The translations under genes and the position numbers were made by a program. The notes under the pieces were generated by a model, which did not search any database, was not told the DNA's origin, and saw only the letters and a list, made by a program, of their open reading frames with translations. Positions 51,112 to 64,000 of a stretch of DNA of 64,000 nucleotides are shown one piece after another. Where the stretch lies: positions 15,466,710 through 15,530,709 of the forward strand of contig NC_057736.1 of NCBI RefSeq assembly GCF_004010195.1, read 5' to 3'. The stretch comes from Chiloscyllium plagiosum. Taxonomy: Eukaryota. Every line of letters begins with the position of its first letter. Position 1 is the stretch's first letter.

Positions 51112-52559
51112 TGATTACAGACCCCATCCTGAATTTGTGTGTGATCACTTAACCAGGCATTTGAATATTGAGTTTGCCACAGATGGTTTTGAACTTCCAT
51201 TACCAAACATATCAGAGGATAAGTGGCTTGGAATGAAAGGGCTCACTGTTATTTATTGATGACTTGAAACTTGAACAAACATTCACCCAAATGAGAGGAA
51301 TTATACAAAGCCTGGAAAGAAAAATAATCATTAGACAGCAATTGTAAGAATCAATCACTAATTATTCATCTATATCTGCACCATGGGATGAGCAATGGGC
51401 TATTCACAAAATAATCAATAAACTTATCAATAACCACCTCACTCATTACATTTTCAACACTTCAGCTCTCCAGAGTAATACAGGCAGTGATACCCTTCAA
51501 ATCTTTAAACTAATGAGATGTGTTTCCCTCAAGAGAGTTAGGGGGAAGGGATAGAATCCATTCTACATAGGATCTGAGTCTTTATTACAAGGGGTTTGAG
51601 CACCTCTGGGATTTGGAGGAATAACCAGAGTGACCATAATTAAAGAATTTAGAAAATCCTACCTATCCTTTCAGAGTCCCAGAGTTATACAGCACCAGCC
51701 GGATATTCCAATCCAATCTAGTCCCATTTGCCAGCATTTGGCCCATATCCCTCTAAACCTTTCCTATTCGTATACCCATCCAGATACCTTTTAAATGTTG
51801 TAATTATACCAGCCTCCACCACTTCCTGTGACAGCACATTCCAACATCTTCTTCCCTCTGGGTGAAAAGGTTACCCCTCAGCTCCCTTTTAAACCTTCCC
51901 CATCACCTTACACACATTACCCTCTAGTTTACATCCCAGGCACCCTCACCATCTGTTCCTCCCGCTCTTACTCTCCTTTTGTCTAAAACATAAAACCAGC
52001 ATTTTCCAGCCTTTTCAGTTCTGAACCAGAGTTAGATCAGACTCTGGACATTAACAGTTTCTCTCTCCACACAACTTACCTGATCTGCTCACTTCCTCCA
52101 GCACACACCTGCTTTCCTGTGCTGCCAGTCAGTGGTGGGAAAGCCTGAAGTGTTTATTATTGACAAGATAATAAGTGATAATGTCCTTCAGTAGCACCAT
52201 TGAAGCACACTCCCATCACCTTCAGTACACAGTGGCTACAAGATGTACTATTGTAGAGATGCACTGAAACTATGCACAATAGGTTTTTCAATAGCATCTA
52301 CCAAACATGTGACCTCTACTCACTAGAAGGACAATAGCAGTGCAAAGAGAACCTCCAAACTGCAAGATTCCCTCCAAACCACAGTGGGGTTGTTGCACGC
52401 ATATCTCTTGGGTATTGTTCTGATTATCAATTCCGTTACTTCACACAGAATGTGGGTATAATTATTTGGGTTTGTACTGTGCCAGTATACATACACACAA
52501 ACACAAAATCAATGCATAATTTACTCTTGTATTAATCACTTCAAATCTTGCAGTCCTGA

Positions 52560-53510
52560 GACCACAGTGCAATGGATTACTTTGGTAAGATGGTGGAGCT
52601 ATGTGTGAGGAGATGTGGATGTAAAAGATCTTTAGTCAGCGCTGGAAACAATCCAGACCCATGAAAATGGAAGGTACCATTGGACATATTCTATGGATTG
52701 ATTGACCCTTGACAGTGCATTCAAATAGCACTTCCCAACCTCCAAGAAACACAATCAATTCTGCCTGGTGCTGGTAGACAATTTTACCAAATAGGTGGAG
52801 GCATTCCCATGCAACTCAGCAACTGCACCATGGCCAGCCAAGACTTTCGTGAAAAAATGATCTGTAGCTGGTGATGCCCTAAGGTTGTAAAATTGGATCA
52901 AGGCAGTCAACTCAACGAGAGGTCATGTAGGCCACTCTGAAGTTATTGGGCAGAGAAGAGAAATGACAGGTGGCACTCAACTCACAATCCTCAGGAGATG
53001 GTGAAGAAGATGGATAGGCATTAAAGATAGCCTTTGGAAGAAGCTAAATGAACAGGAAAATGGGATGAGATGCTCTTTTTGATTCTGATGGGAGTAAGGA
53101 GCACCAAATCAAAAGAGTTGGGGTTTTTGCCCATGTGTTGGTAACCGGACAGTGCATTTGTACACTAATACTTTTGCAGATCCCCACCTTTGGCAGAAGA
53201 GAAATCCAAGAGATTACCAAAGAGAAGTTCATGAAAGATCTCTGGGAGACACTGAGAGAATGGGACCTGTAGGCAGCCAACAATACTGTCAAATCTCAAA
53301 GAAAAAGATTGCAATTGGTGCCAAACAAACTGCAGGAATGGACGTGGGTCAGCAAATGATAGTGAGGTGTAAAAATACACAGGAGTAAATGTGTTTGAAC
53401 CCCTGTACAGGCATCCCTAGAGCATCATAGACAAGGCCAATCCCATGGTATATATGATCCAATTGCTCAAAAGGGTTAGGCTGATTCATGTTAACCAGTT
53501 CAAGCTAACA
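52560..53510 (+). mobile_element. Decayed LTR-retroelement integrase (Gypsy/retrovirus-like)
   Basis: FCLVLVDNFTK*VEAFPC..ATA, LDQGSQ, NSQSSG, KWDEMLFLILMGVRST and NPMVYMIQL..IHVNQFKL, with stops and frameshifts. Confidence 0.75.
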
Positions 53511-55284
53511 ATGTTTCAAAACAAGGCATCTCTGCAATGAGTGACTCCTATGAACATGGTGGATCACATTATGCTGATTGTAAAGGATTGTGAAGAACCT
53601 CTACAACTACCATAACAAGAGATGAGGATGATGATGGGGATGATGATGAGGCAAATGCAAATGTAGCTGAACCCTAATAGACAACAAAGCAGATAACTAA
53701 ATAAGAAGGTGAGGACACTGGCAAGTCAGACCACCACAAGGGGTACAGTCACAGCCAAAGTGTTCTGGGTTATCCTCTTCCTCAGAAGTAGGAAGAAAAG
53801 TCCAAGGGAAAGACAGACAGGAAGACTGTCAGAATTTACATATCAACAGACCTTTGCTTATGACCAGATTTGCTCACAGACCAACTCCATTTTGTGTGGT
53901 TCTTTTCTAGATCATGTGGAAGATATTGTTATGTTTCACAAATTTGGCTTGGAATGGAAAATGGAAACCTAGTCTCAGCACTGAATCAGTCACCAGCTGA
54001 ACTGGACCCAGCTCCACCTGGATTGTGGATCATGGTTAGATGCTTAAGGAATTGTGGCATCATAATGGGGAAGTGTCATCCTATTGACACACTGCTAGTG
54101 GACGGATATGACTATGGAGCTGTACCAGCAGGCCAACAGCATAACATTTTTTCCATGCTCAGAAAAACACATCAAATCAACAAAATCTATAACAGGCATG
54201 GTTTGTCACATCTACCCAAAAGCTGTGCTGCGTTTCTGATATCTGCAAAGCATGTGGCTCCAATTGACATTGGGCATTGGTTGCAAAGGCCAAGCCAGAC
54301 CTCAGAACAAAGCATAGGTAATTAATTAGATATTACAACACCCACAACACTGGCAGCATGGCAAGAGTTGAAAACTCACACAAATGCGAACACATCCATC
54401 ACTTTCAGAAACATAAAATGTGACAGCAAGCTTTCAGGTGACGACCATGCTTTCCATATTATAAATCTCACACAGCATGTCGATGCTATAAATCAATCAG
54501 AATATTTTACAACATTCACGGCCATATATCCTTAAAACAGGGTCAATACACCTTAAAAGTAAAAAGTCAGCAAGTGGATTAATACCAACATTTTACAATT
54601 GTGCATCCCTGAAAGACATATTTCAACAAGTAGCCTCTACGGGACAGCCTGCAAAAAAAATTCACATCATAAAATGGATCACAAATTCCAAGCACTGGCA
54701 CAGTCACACAACAGGGCCAATACATAAGATCATCTTGGCTTCCTGAAATCCTGTACATGGTTAAAACCAATGCTGGGTAGGACCAGTATGTACAGACCTT
54801 GATCAAGTCACAATTCATGAGCTTCAAACCCCATCAAGTGTGGTGGACAGAACACAAATGATGCATTCAAATCAATTGAAGTTGTAGACATCCTATTATG
54901 ATGATGGATCATAATCCCAAAGGATTTAGAGGCAGTTTTTACTTTTAATTCCAAAGTATGTTGTTTCTAAAAGGAGGACTGCTCCATAACACAGGCGGGT
55001 TTATATTCAGTGATGTATCAGCTGGTGCTATGTGAAGCCAATAGAATATTACACATGCTGATCCCTTCTCACCCAAGAGCTTAACAGTTTGGGGTATCCC
55101 ATCCAGAACAGTAACAAACTGGGAAGCTCGCCAAGGGTCTGGTTGTAACAAATTGGAGCCCTTGCCACAATTTGAACCCACAGATGAAATGAAGAACTAG
55201 AAGGGGTATTTTGTCAGTTTGAAAACAATTTTTAAGGAAAAAAAACGGCTTTTTGTATTTGAACTGGTACAGTATTGAAATATT

Positions 55285-56761
55285 CACAGGTGAGGTGCCA
55301 GAAGACAGGAGTTGGCTAATGTGGTATCACTATTTAAGAACGGTGGTAAGGACAAGCCAGGGAACTATAGACCGGTGAGCGTGATGTCAGTGGTGGGCAG
55401 GGTGTTGAAGGGAATCCTGAGGGACAGGATGTACATGTATTTGGAAAGGCAAAGACTGATTAGGGATAGTCAACATGGCTTTGTGCGTGGGAAATCATGT
55501 GTCACAAACTTGAGTGAATCTTTTGAAAAAGTAACAAGAGGATTGATGAAGGCAGAGCAGTTGAAGTGATCTATATGGACCTCAGTGAGGTGTATGACTA
55601 GGTTCCCCATGGGAAACTGGCTAGCAAGGTTAGATCTCATGGAATACGTGGAGAACTAGCCGTTTGGATACAGAACTGGCTCAAAGGTAGATGACAGAGG
55701 GTGGTGGTGGAGGGTTGTTTTTCAGACTGGAGGCCTGTGACCAGTGGAGTGCCACAAGGATCAGTGCTGGTTCCAATACTTTTTGTCATTTACATAAATA
55801 ATATGGACATGAATGTAGGAGGTACAGTTAGCAAGTTTGCAGATGACACCAAAATTGGAGGTGTAGTAAACAGCGAAGAAGGTTACCTTGGATTACAATG
55901 GGATCTTGATCAAATGGGCCAATGGGCTGAGGAATGGCAGATGGAGTTTAATTTAGATAAATGTGAGATGCTGCATTTTGGGAAAGCAAATCAGAGTAGG
56001 ACATATACACTTAATGGTAAGGTCCTAGGGAGTGTTGCTGAACAAAGACACCTTGGAGTGCAGGTTCATAGCTCCTTGAAAGTAGAGTTGCAGGTAGATA
56101 AGATAGTGAAGAAGGTGTTTAGTATGCTTTCCTTTATTGGTCAGAGTATTGAGTACAGGAGTTGGGAAGTCATGTTCCAGCTGTACAGGACATTGGTTAG
56201 GCCACTTTTGGAATATTGCATGCAATTCTGGTCTCCTTACTATCAGAAGGATGTTGTGAAACTTGAAAGGGTTCAGAAAAGATTTACAAGGATGTTGCCA
56301 GAGTTGGAGGATTTGAGCTATAGGGAGAGGCTGAACAGGCTGAGGCTGTTTTCCCTGGAGTGTCAGAGGCTGAGGGGTGATGTCATAGAGGTTTATAAAA
56401 TCATGAGGGCCATGGATAAATAAACAGACAAGGTCTTTTCCCTGGGATGGGGGAGTCCAGAACTAGAGGTCATGGGTTTTGGGTGAGAGGGGAAAGATAT
56501 AAAAGGGACCTAAGGGGCAACCTTTTCACACAGAGGGTGGTGCGTGTATGAAATGAGCTGCCAGAGAAAGTGGTGGAGGCTGGTACAATTGCATTATTTA
56601 AAAGACATCTGGATGGGTATTTGAAATGTAAGGGTTTAGAAGGATATGGGCCAAGTGCTGGAAAATGGGATTAGATTAGGTTGGGATATCTGGTCGGCAT
56701 GGATGAGTTGGACTGAATGGTCTGTTTCAGTGCTGTACATCTCTATGACTCTATGGCTCTA
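55285..56761 (+). mobile_element. HER1/CR1 LINE, 5'-truncated
   Basis: ORFs 55312-55569 and 55701-56423 carry [17 protein letters not shown] and KFADDTK; tail ctctatgactctatggctcta. Confidence 0.93.
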
Positions 56762-59700
56762 TTTACCCTTGATGCTAGTAACACGCCGGCAGAATTAAGG
56801 GAGGCATTTTTGAAGCTTTAAATATTCTGTCCATCAAACTGAAAAATTCTGCGAGAGCATTATCAGAATTGTTTTCCGAAAGTCAGGCAACTTGAAATAT
56901 TTGAAATTTTAGAAATGTTAATGGCCAACAAGATGATGAAAGGGATTGGGATGTGGCACAGAGATTAAAATTGGAGAAATTAGAAATCCAAGAAAAAGAG
57001 AGGGCGTGAGATGTAGAGAGAAAGGAAAGAACAAGGTGAAAAGAGAGAGAATTTCTGGAAAAAAAACTATGAGAAAAGGAGTTTGAAATGAGTTAGCTTA
57101 ATCTGTTTCACTCCATGTCAAGTCGCGTATACTTAGTCTGAGACTCCTGGTTATAGACTGGTACATGACATGCAGACCCAGCAGTAGGCACCATCAGATG
57201 GGCCAAGGTAGCCTCAGTGAAGGGTGCAGAGAATGTTTTTTTGGATAGTTTCCGAAAACAGCAGGAGCCTCCCGGAGAGCAGGCGATACTAACAAGCATT
57301 GTGCAATCAGGCAGGATTAATTAATGGAATCATAGTGAAGCCCCCTGCTCGTATTGACCATATCATGATTGAATTCTACATTCAATTTCAGGGAGAGAAA
57401 TTGGGTCTGAGACCACTTTCAATTCCCACTAAGTCCTGCCAACTCTTGCTTTGCTGCTGTCCGCTGTCCAGACCCCAGCCACTGCCACTGCTGCTGCTGC
57501 CTCCATGATTGAGCTCTCTCCAGGAGGTAAGTTTTTAAAAAAGACACAAAAAAGATTTAGAAAGAGAAAAAAAAGAATAGAAGAAGAAAAAAGAAAAGCA
57601 GACAGAATGGATGAGACTGGGACATCTTGCTTATTCTGTGCTCACTGCCTCCTGGGTTGCTTTGACTTTAAAGTTCTCTGATATTGCCATGCACCTTTCT
57701 TGAAGACCAGGTGTGGTTGAGCATTGCTTTCTGAGGCCTCACTAGTGCATCTTCTTAAATTTGCTCCTTGGTCAATTGTTCCATTCCATTTCCTTTTCCT
57801 CCTCTGTACATTCGCCTCACTTTGAAATTAATACTTATCGTACTCTCAGTTTCTTTTTAGTGTGAGCACCTCCTTTCCCTTGGCTGCTGCAAACTGCAAG
57901 GTGTCTTAAAAGATAAGAGAAAGTTACAGAAGGAGAAAGTTTTAGGGAGAGAATTCCAGAGCTTGGGATCTCAGGCAGCGGAAGACATGACACCATAGTG
58001 GGGTGATTAAAGTTGTGAATGCCCAAAAGGCTGTGATTAACAGAATCCAGAGATTTCTGAATGTTGTAGAGCCAGAGGAGTTTTCAAAAATATGGAAGAA
58101 TGAAATCACAGAGAGAAGATTTGACACAAAACTGCACACCATGGTGAACATGCACACCTTTTTAAATTCACCTTGATACGTCCTACACTATTAACTCGAA
58201 CCTTTGGCTTAAGTGTGTCAATCTAAAGAGGAGTTGAGGGAGCACTGATTCCAGGATAGTATTCCCATTATTGACTCCAAGATTGTGTGTTCACGTCGCA
58301 ACTCAGAACGTCCGATGAGCCGAAGTTCGAGTTTAAATCTCTGGGTTGGTACCTAGTGAGGCCTTTGCGTTCAATGTGTTCCATCTAGTCACTTCTCCGG
58401 GTTGGGGGTTTGTGAGTTACGAAACCACCTGCCACTAAAAGAGAGGCTGATATTAAAGAAGTGAGAATGAGCATCATCTTTGGGAAGTAAAAATTTGAGG
58501 AAGAAATTGCCTGCCTCATGTGACACTTGAAGCATGGAATAAAAGAATCCCACCCACATCATCACGAAGCCATAAGCTCTTATATCCCATCATTGACCAC
58601 ACTAACCTATAATCTTGCTGTCAGTGCTTTATTAACATTGTGGAAGAGGATGAGGCTGAATCTGGAGTGGATTGTGTTCCCCATTTCCTAAATCATACTT
58701 ACACAGTTTGGTAATCATTCTGGTTTTTGTCATGCATTTCAACAAGACTTTTGCATTCGAATGTTATGCTGCCCCTTTAAGACACTCACACCTTGGCAGT
58801 GAAATCTCCAGCTCCACATATTTCTATGTGTGTTTCTTCAATCCCATCCCCCTTCCTCTCTATCAATCACTGATGCTTATCATACAACAGCACATCTGCA
58901 GTGCTGTCTGCAGGAGGTCAGTCATATTCAGCACAAACTGACCAGCGCCAATCCAGGTCCCATTTAATCTGTACGCATCTGAGACGCTGGACCTGATTGC
59001 AGCATCTGTATGGTTTGGAGCCTTTTAATGGTCTCACGCTGCAGAATAGGGGAACTGGCTTTACATATCCTTCGCCGTTTCATATTGTACACATATGATC
59101 TAATAACTTCAGCACGCTGCCTTCTGACAGCGTAGATTAAGAGAATCACAGACTCTCATATACTCGGTACAGCTTTCTCCACCTCCCCCAGTACCCCTCC
59201 CAAGTCACACGCACAATTGCAAGGTGCTGGTGTGAAGCTCGCAGCCTTAGTGTCATTCTGAGTGAGTGTGACGATATTACTGACCAGTGCTGACTGCGGA
59301 CGGCCATATTGATTATTCCTAAGCGTCTCACCTCCAAGTGCCGGGGACACTCAGCTGGGATCGGAGGAATCAGCAGTAAGGAATATCTTCCTGATTTTCT
59401 TTTATTTTAGCCTGTTGGTAATTGGAGGTAAAACGAGAGAGTTTTTTTTGTCAGCGAGAGTGCTGGGAGAGCAAACTTGCAAGTCGCCTCTCACTCTCCG
59501 TGCCCAAGGCTGTAATCTTTGATCCTCACTTGCAGCAATCCCTTTCCAGCAGTCAATCTTTTATTTATCAATTATGATCAAAGAATTAATGTGAATGAAG
59601 GCTTGTTTGGTGATCGATCGTTGTATAGAAGTGCAAGTATTGGACGGTGAATGAAAATTAATTATAGGAGGCAACTAAATAGTTGACCCTGATGATGTCT

Positions 59701-60264
59701 TCAGGAAGCAAGGAAGTAAAATGTGGGAATGCATAAGGATAAATAGGGCAATCATCTCTTTTTTCAGGTTTCACCAAATTATGTGATTGCAACTGAAGAC
59801 ACGAAATTAACAACGTCAAAAACACCTCAAGGTGTTATTTTATAACCAGAAATCTTGGATCTTTTAACAGTAAATGATAACCTATTTATAAATATTGTGG
59901 TTTAATGGTGAGGTTAAAGATGAATGAGCAGAGGATGGTGAGAGTGGCTAAAGGAGGGAGGTGGGTGCAGTTCCTAAAAGCTGACCCTACTCCATGTTTA
60001 TTGTCCGTCTTCAGTCATTGCAGTGGTCAGTCGGGTCTGGTCAGAGGCAACAGTTAATGGGGAGTGATCAGTGACGAGTGGTCAGCTGGGAGCAGTCAAA
60101 GGCTTACGTTACTGTGGATTGGTCAGTTGGGATCGTTCAGCAGTCAGTGAACAATGGGCAGTGACTGTGGTTAGTGAGACATGGTCAGTTGTCAGTGGGG
60201 AGTGATCAATGGCTACTGGATTGATTTTATAGACAATGGCTGCAGCCATTGTTAAAGGTACATC

Positions 60265-61390
60265 CTCAGTGACTGTGACAAAGGTAAACTATTCCTCTTC
60301 ATTCTTCACAATCTCTCTGTGGTCTTTGACATGGTTGATCACATGATCATCCTCCATCATGCCTTCTCAGTTGTCCAGCTGGATAGGACTGCACTCACCT
60401 GGATCAATTCCCATCCACCTAATCATAATCATGGGAATCACTCGCAATAGTTTCGCTTGTTGTTCCTGTGGTATTATCTCTAGCATTTTCGAAGGATTTA
60501 TCCTTGGCTCCCTTCTATTTTTAATACACAAATCACTCCTCAGTCATGCTATCCAAAATCATGATAGGTTTCACATATGCATTGGCTGCACGCAGTTCTA
60601 CCTTGTGACCACCTCCTTCAACTCCTCCTCTGTTCTAAATACTGAGATTACTTATCAGACATCCAGAATTCAACAAATACAAACTTCCTCCAATTTAATG
60701 TTGGAAAGACAGGAGCCATTGTTTTTGCTCCCTGCTAAAAGCTATCTACTAACCGAATCCATTCCTTTCCTTGGCAACAGTCCGTTTACAACCTTAGTAT
60801 CGTATTTGACCCTAAGATGGCTGCTGTCAATGTATTCACACCATCACTAGATCTACCTATTTCCACTTCTGTAATATTGCTCAGTTTCCTCACTTCCTTC
60901 GCTTACCTGGTGCTGGAACTCTCATTCATACTATGGTTACCTCTGAACTATTCCATTGCACACCCTATCTGGTCTTCCACATTCTACCCTCTGCAAACAT
61001 GACGTCAACCAAAACCTGCTGCTCACGCAAAATCCCATTCCTCTACTGCATTTTATGCACATTGACTTCCATTGTCTCCCAGTCAAGGAGAGCCTCCAAC
61101 TTAAAATTCTTATCCAAGCTTTCAAATTCCCCAATGGCTTAACCTTCCTCATCTCTATTGTATTTTCCAGCCTCTCAACCCTCCAAGATAGCTATCTAAT
61201 TCCAGCCTCTCAAGCACCTCCAATTTTAATCACACCATCATTGATGGGCATCCCTCAACCATCTGAGTCTTAAGCTCTAAAAATCATTTCTTCCATCTTT
61301 CCACTTCACTACCTCACTTTTCTGCTTTAAGCCATTCCTTAAAGTTTACTTTTTTTAATCAGGTTGAATGCCTGCTTACGAGGCTCAGTA
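60265..61390 (+). mobile_element. Old L2-type LINE fragment
   Basis: DCDKGKLFLFILHNLSVVFDMVDH and G.ILGSLLFLI RT remnants, followed by HWLPV-like DFHCLPV..KILI. Confidence 0.65.
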
Positions 61391-62565
61391 TCATAGGGTG
61401 GAATTTTATAGGGATCTGAGCAGTGTAAGCTGTGGTGTGATTGGTGGCAGAATTGGATGAGAGGGCTGTTAAGGCTGGGCTCAACATTGACAGCATTGAG
61501 GGAATAATATCCTCGACCTCATCCTAAGCAATCGGCCAGCTGCAGATGAATCTGTCCATTAGAGTGTCGGTAAGAGCGACCATTGCACAGTCCTTGTAGA
61601 GATGAAGTATAGCCTTCACATTGAGAATAACCTCCATCACATTTTGTGGCACTAATATCATGCTAAATGGGACAGACATCAAACTGATCTCAAGGCTGGG
61701 CATCCATGAGGTACTGTGGGCCATGAACAGCAGCAGAATTGTACTCCAGCACAATCTGGAACCTCACGGCCCGGTATATCCTCCACTCAACCATTACCAT
61801 CAAGCCAGGAGTTTTCAACCCTGGTTCAATGGAGAGTGCAGGAGAGCATGCCTGGAGCAACACTGGGCCAACCTAAAATTGAGGTGCCGTTCTGCTGAAG
61901 TTAAGAACAAGATTACTTGCAGGCCAAAAAGCATATGCAGCAAGTGACAGGTAAAAATGAGCGATCCAACAGCCAATAGATCAGATCTGAACTCTGCATT
62001 CCTGCCACATCCAGCTGTGAATAATGGTGAACAACTAAACAGCTCACCAGAGGAGGAGCCTCTACAGATATCGCTATCCTCAATTATGGAAGAACACAAC
62101 TAGTGTCAAAGGGAACTGGGAGAAAACTCTCTGATGGTTGGAGTCATATCTGAGACAGAGGAAGATGGTTGTGGTTTTTGGAGGTCAGTCATCTCAGTTC
62201 CAGGGCATCTCTGCGGGGGCTCCCCAGGGTAGTGCACTGGGCCCAACTATCTTCAAATGCTTCATCAATGCCCCTCACTCCATCATGGTCTGGTATTGTG
62301 GCCTCCACTGCCGGTCCTTAGAGAGAAGGAAGATCCCACTGGCACCATTCCGTCCAGCAGAATCTCACACAAAGCGGGTGGCTGGTGTGCCCCTGGATGT
62401 CATGTCCAGTGCAGATGTCAGGAACCATGCAGGGCAGCTCTAGGCTGACTGTGTTTGTCTGGGTGCCTTTTTTTTGGTGTATATCTGCCGGCTGGTGAGT
62501 TGTTCCCAGAGCAGCACGTGCTATTATAGTGATAGAATCGAAGTGGAGTAGGGTAGGTAGTTAAT

Positions 62566-62690
62566 GAGGCAGAAATGGGTACTGCAGATGCTGGAGAGTA
62601 AAGATTAGAGTGGTGCTGGAAAAGCACAGCAGGTCAGGCCACATCCAAGGAGCAGGAAAATCGACGTTTCGGGCAAAAGCCCTTCATCAG
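62566..62690 (-). mobile_element. PLE-derived repeat with intact hammerhead core
   Basis: The - strand reads CTGATGA-a-GGGC-tttt-GCCC-GAAACGTC (62663-62690); direct repeat aggtagttaat at 62555-62565 and 62689-62699. Confidence 0.75.
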
Positions 62691-62912
62691 GTAGTTAATA
62701 AGTTTGGTAAGATACAGGGAGAAAACCCATTGAGCTTCCCAATGTAAGTCCCTCCAAAAAAACTGAGACAATTCGCACTTTGTTAAAGAATGTAAGATTC
62801 AGCCCGCAGTTTGTTTTATGATGCTGCTGTGAAATGCCTTGGAATATTTTATTACGTTAAAGGCACTCTGTAAACATAAGTTATTGCTGTTAATAGCATG
62901 CAAAAACGAGAA

Positions 62913-63135
62913 ACTTTGTCAGCCAGAGAGTGGTGAATCTATGGAATTCATTGCCACAGAAGGCTATGGAGGCCAGGTCATTGAGTACATTTAAGAACGA
63001 GATAGATAGGTTCTTGGGGATCAAAGGTTATAGGGAGAAAGCGGGAGAATGGGGTTGAAAAACTCATCAGCCATGATTGAATGGCAGAGCAGATTTGATG
63101 GGCTGAATGGCCTCATTTCTGCTCCTATGTCTTAT
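62913..63135 (+). mobile_element. CR1 LINE 3' end
   Basis: Homologous to 9870-10090; further CR1 3' ends at 51673-51930 and 63796-63978 (-). Confidence 0.75.
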
Positions 63136-64000
63136 TGTCTAAAAGCTGCAACTTATTGGGGAGAATTGGAAAATGTTCACAAATGGGAGACAATCACTTT
63201 GAAAGAATAATCTCAAATTTTACAAAGAATGGAAAGGAAATGGAAATCTTTGATGAGATTGTCATAGAGCTAGAGTATTACAAAACATTAAATTCCGTGG
63301 CTTTCATTTCAGTTGTGGCCAGAACAGTAAGTCTGAATTAAAATATATCAACTCAGCTCCAAGCTTATCCAGCTCACAGATAAAATCACGTTTCATGTAT
63401 TGTTTACCATAGCGGGCAATGAGATTACCATCTTGGTATTAGACATCTCTCTTTATTAGCTCAGCACTTGTGACCTCAATGTAGATTTTAACAGTTTTGG
63501 AAAGTAGTTGCTTTTTGTAAATTGCCTTTCTCCTTCCCAAAAATACAGTTGATCCACATTTCTGCATTCAGTTGGATCAAGGAATCTGATTCAAAAACAC
63601 AAAACACAGTGATCCAACAGATAGACATTGGTTTCCATTATCTGTACTAAATACAAATCAAATTAACAAGTTAACAGGGTTCAAATGAGAGTCGAAATCA
63701 ATACAGGGAGATAAAATGAATAGGATAGAGACAATGATAAGGTAGAGTGTATGTGGATTTTGCAAGGCCCAATATGAAAAGACTTCCTCATAATTAGAAT
63801 CTTACAGCAGAGAAACGGACTCTTCAGTCCAACATGTCCATGCTAACCACAGATTGGAAATTAATCTAGTCCCATTTGCCAGCATTTGGCCCATATCCCT
63901 CTCAACATTTTCTCTTCATGTACTCATCCAGATGCCTTTAAATGTTTTAATTGTACCTGCCTCCACTACTTCCTCTGACACCTTGTTAAATCCAATAATT

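Noticed and set aside
58490-59260. Harbinger transposase remnant (GVDCVPI resembling GAIDCTH)
   Set aside because: Too degenerate to support by eye.
59411-59427. 17-nt micro-exon (ttttattttag|...GAG|gtaaaa)
   Set aside because: No partner exons or reading frame to attach it to; such sites occur by chance.

Overview
Vertebrate genomic DNA, almost certainly a shark (elasmobranch): it carries HE1/V-SINE-type SINEs, HER1/CR1-type LINEs, Deu-domain SINEs and Penelope-like element (PLE) remnants. Two spliced genes can be reconstructed. (1) On the + strand, exons 3-6 of an intact TAS1R (T1R) class C taste GPCR, closest to TAS1R1 by motif (4545-12318); exons 1-2 lie outside the window. (2) On the - strand, a complete 4-exon, 125-aa Ripply co-repressor (21374->14600) with WRPW, HPV.L.WPKS and FPVQATI motifs, tail-to-tail with the taste receptor. 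The remaining ~42 kb upstream of Ripply has no recognisable host gene. Most notable observations: the Ripply-TAS1R linkage (candidate fourth Ripply ohnolog); duplicated and triplicated non-coding blocks with spacing-conserved T-box and Sox motifs (candidate Ripply enhancer array); about a dozen minimal hammerhead-ribozyme cores in PLE-derived repeats, two on the sense strand of Ripply introns; a microhomology-flanked inverted templated insertion inside a LINE; and a decayed LTR-retroelement integrase followed by a possible env-like region. Repeat family names come from recognition, not a database search, and repeat boundaries are approximate.
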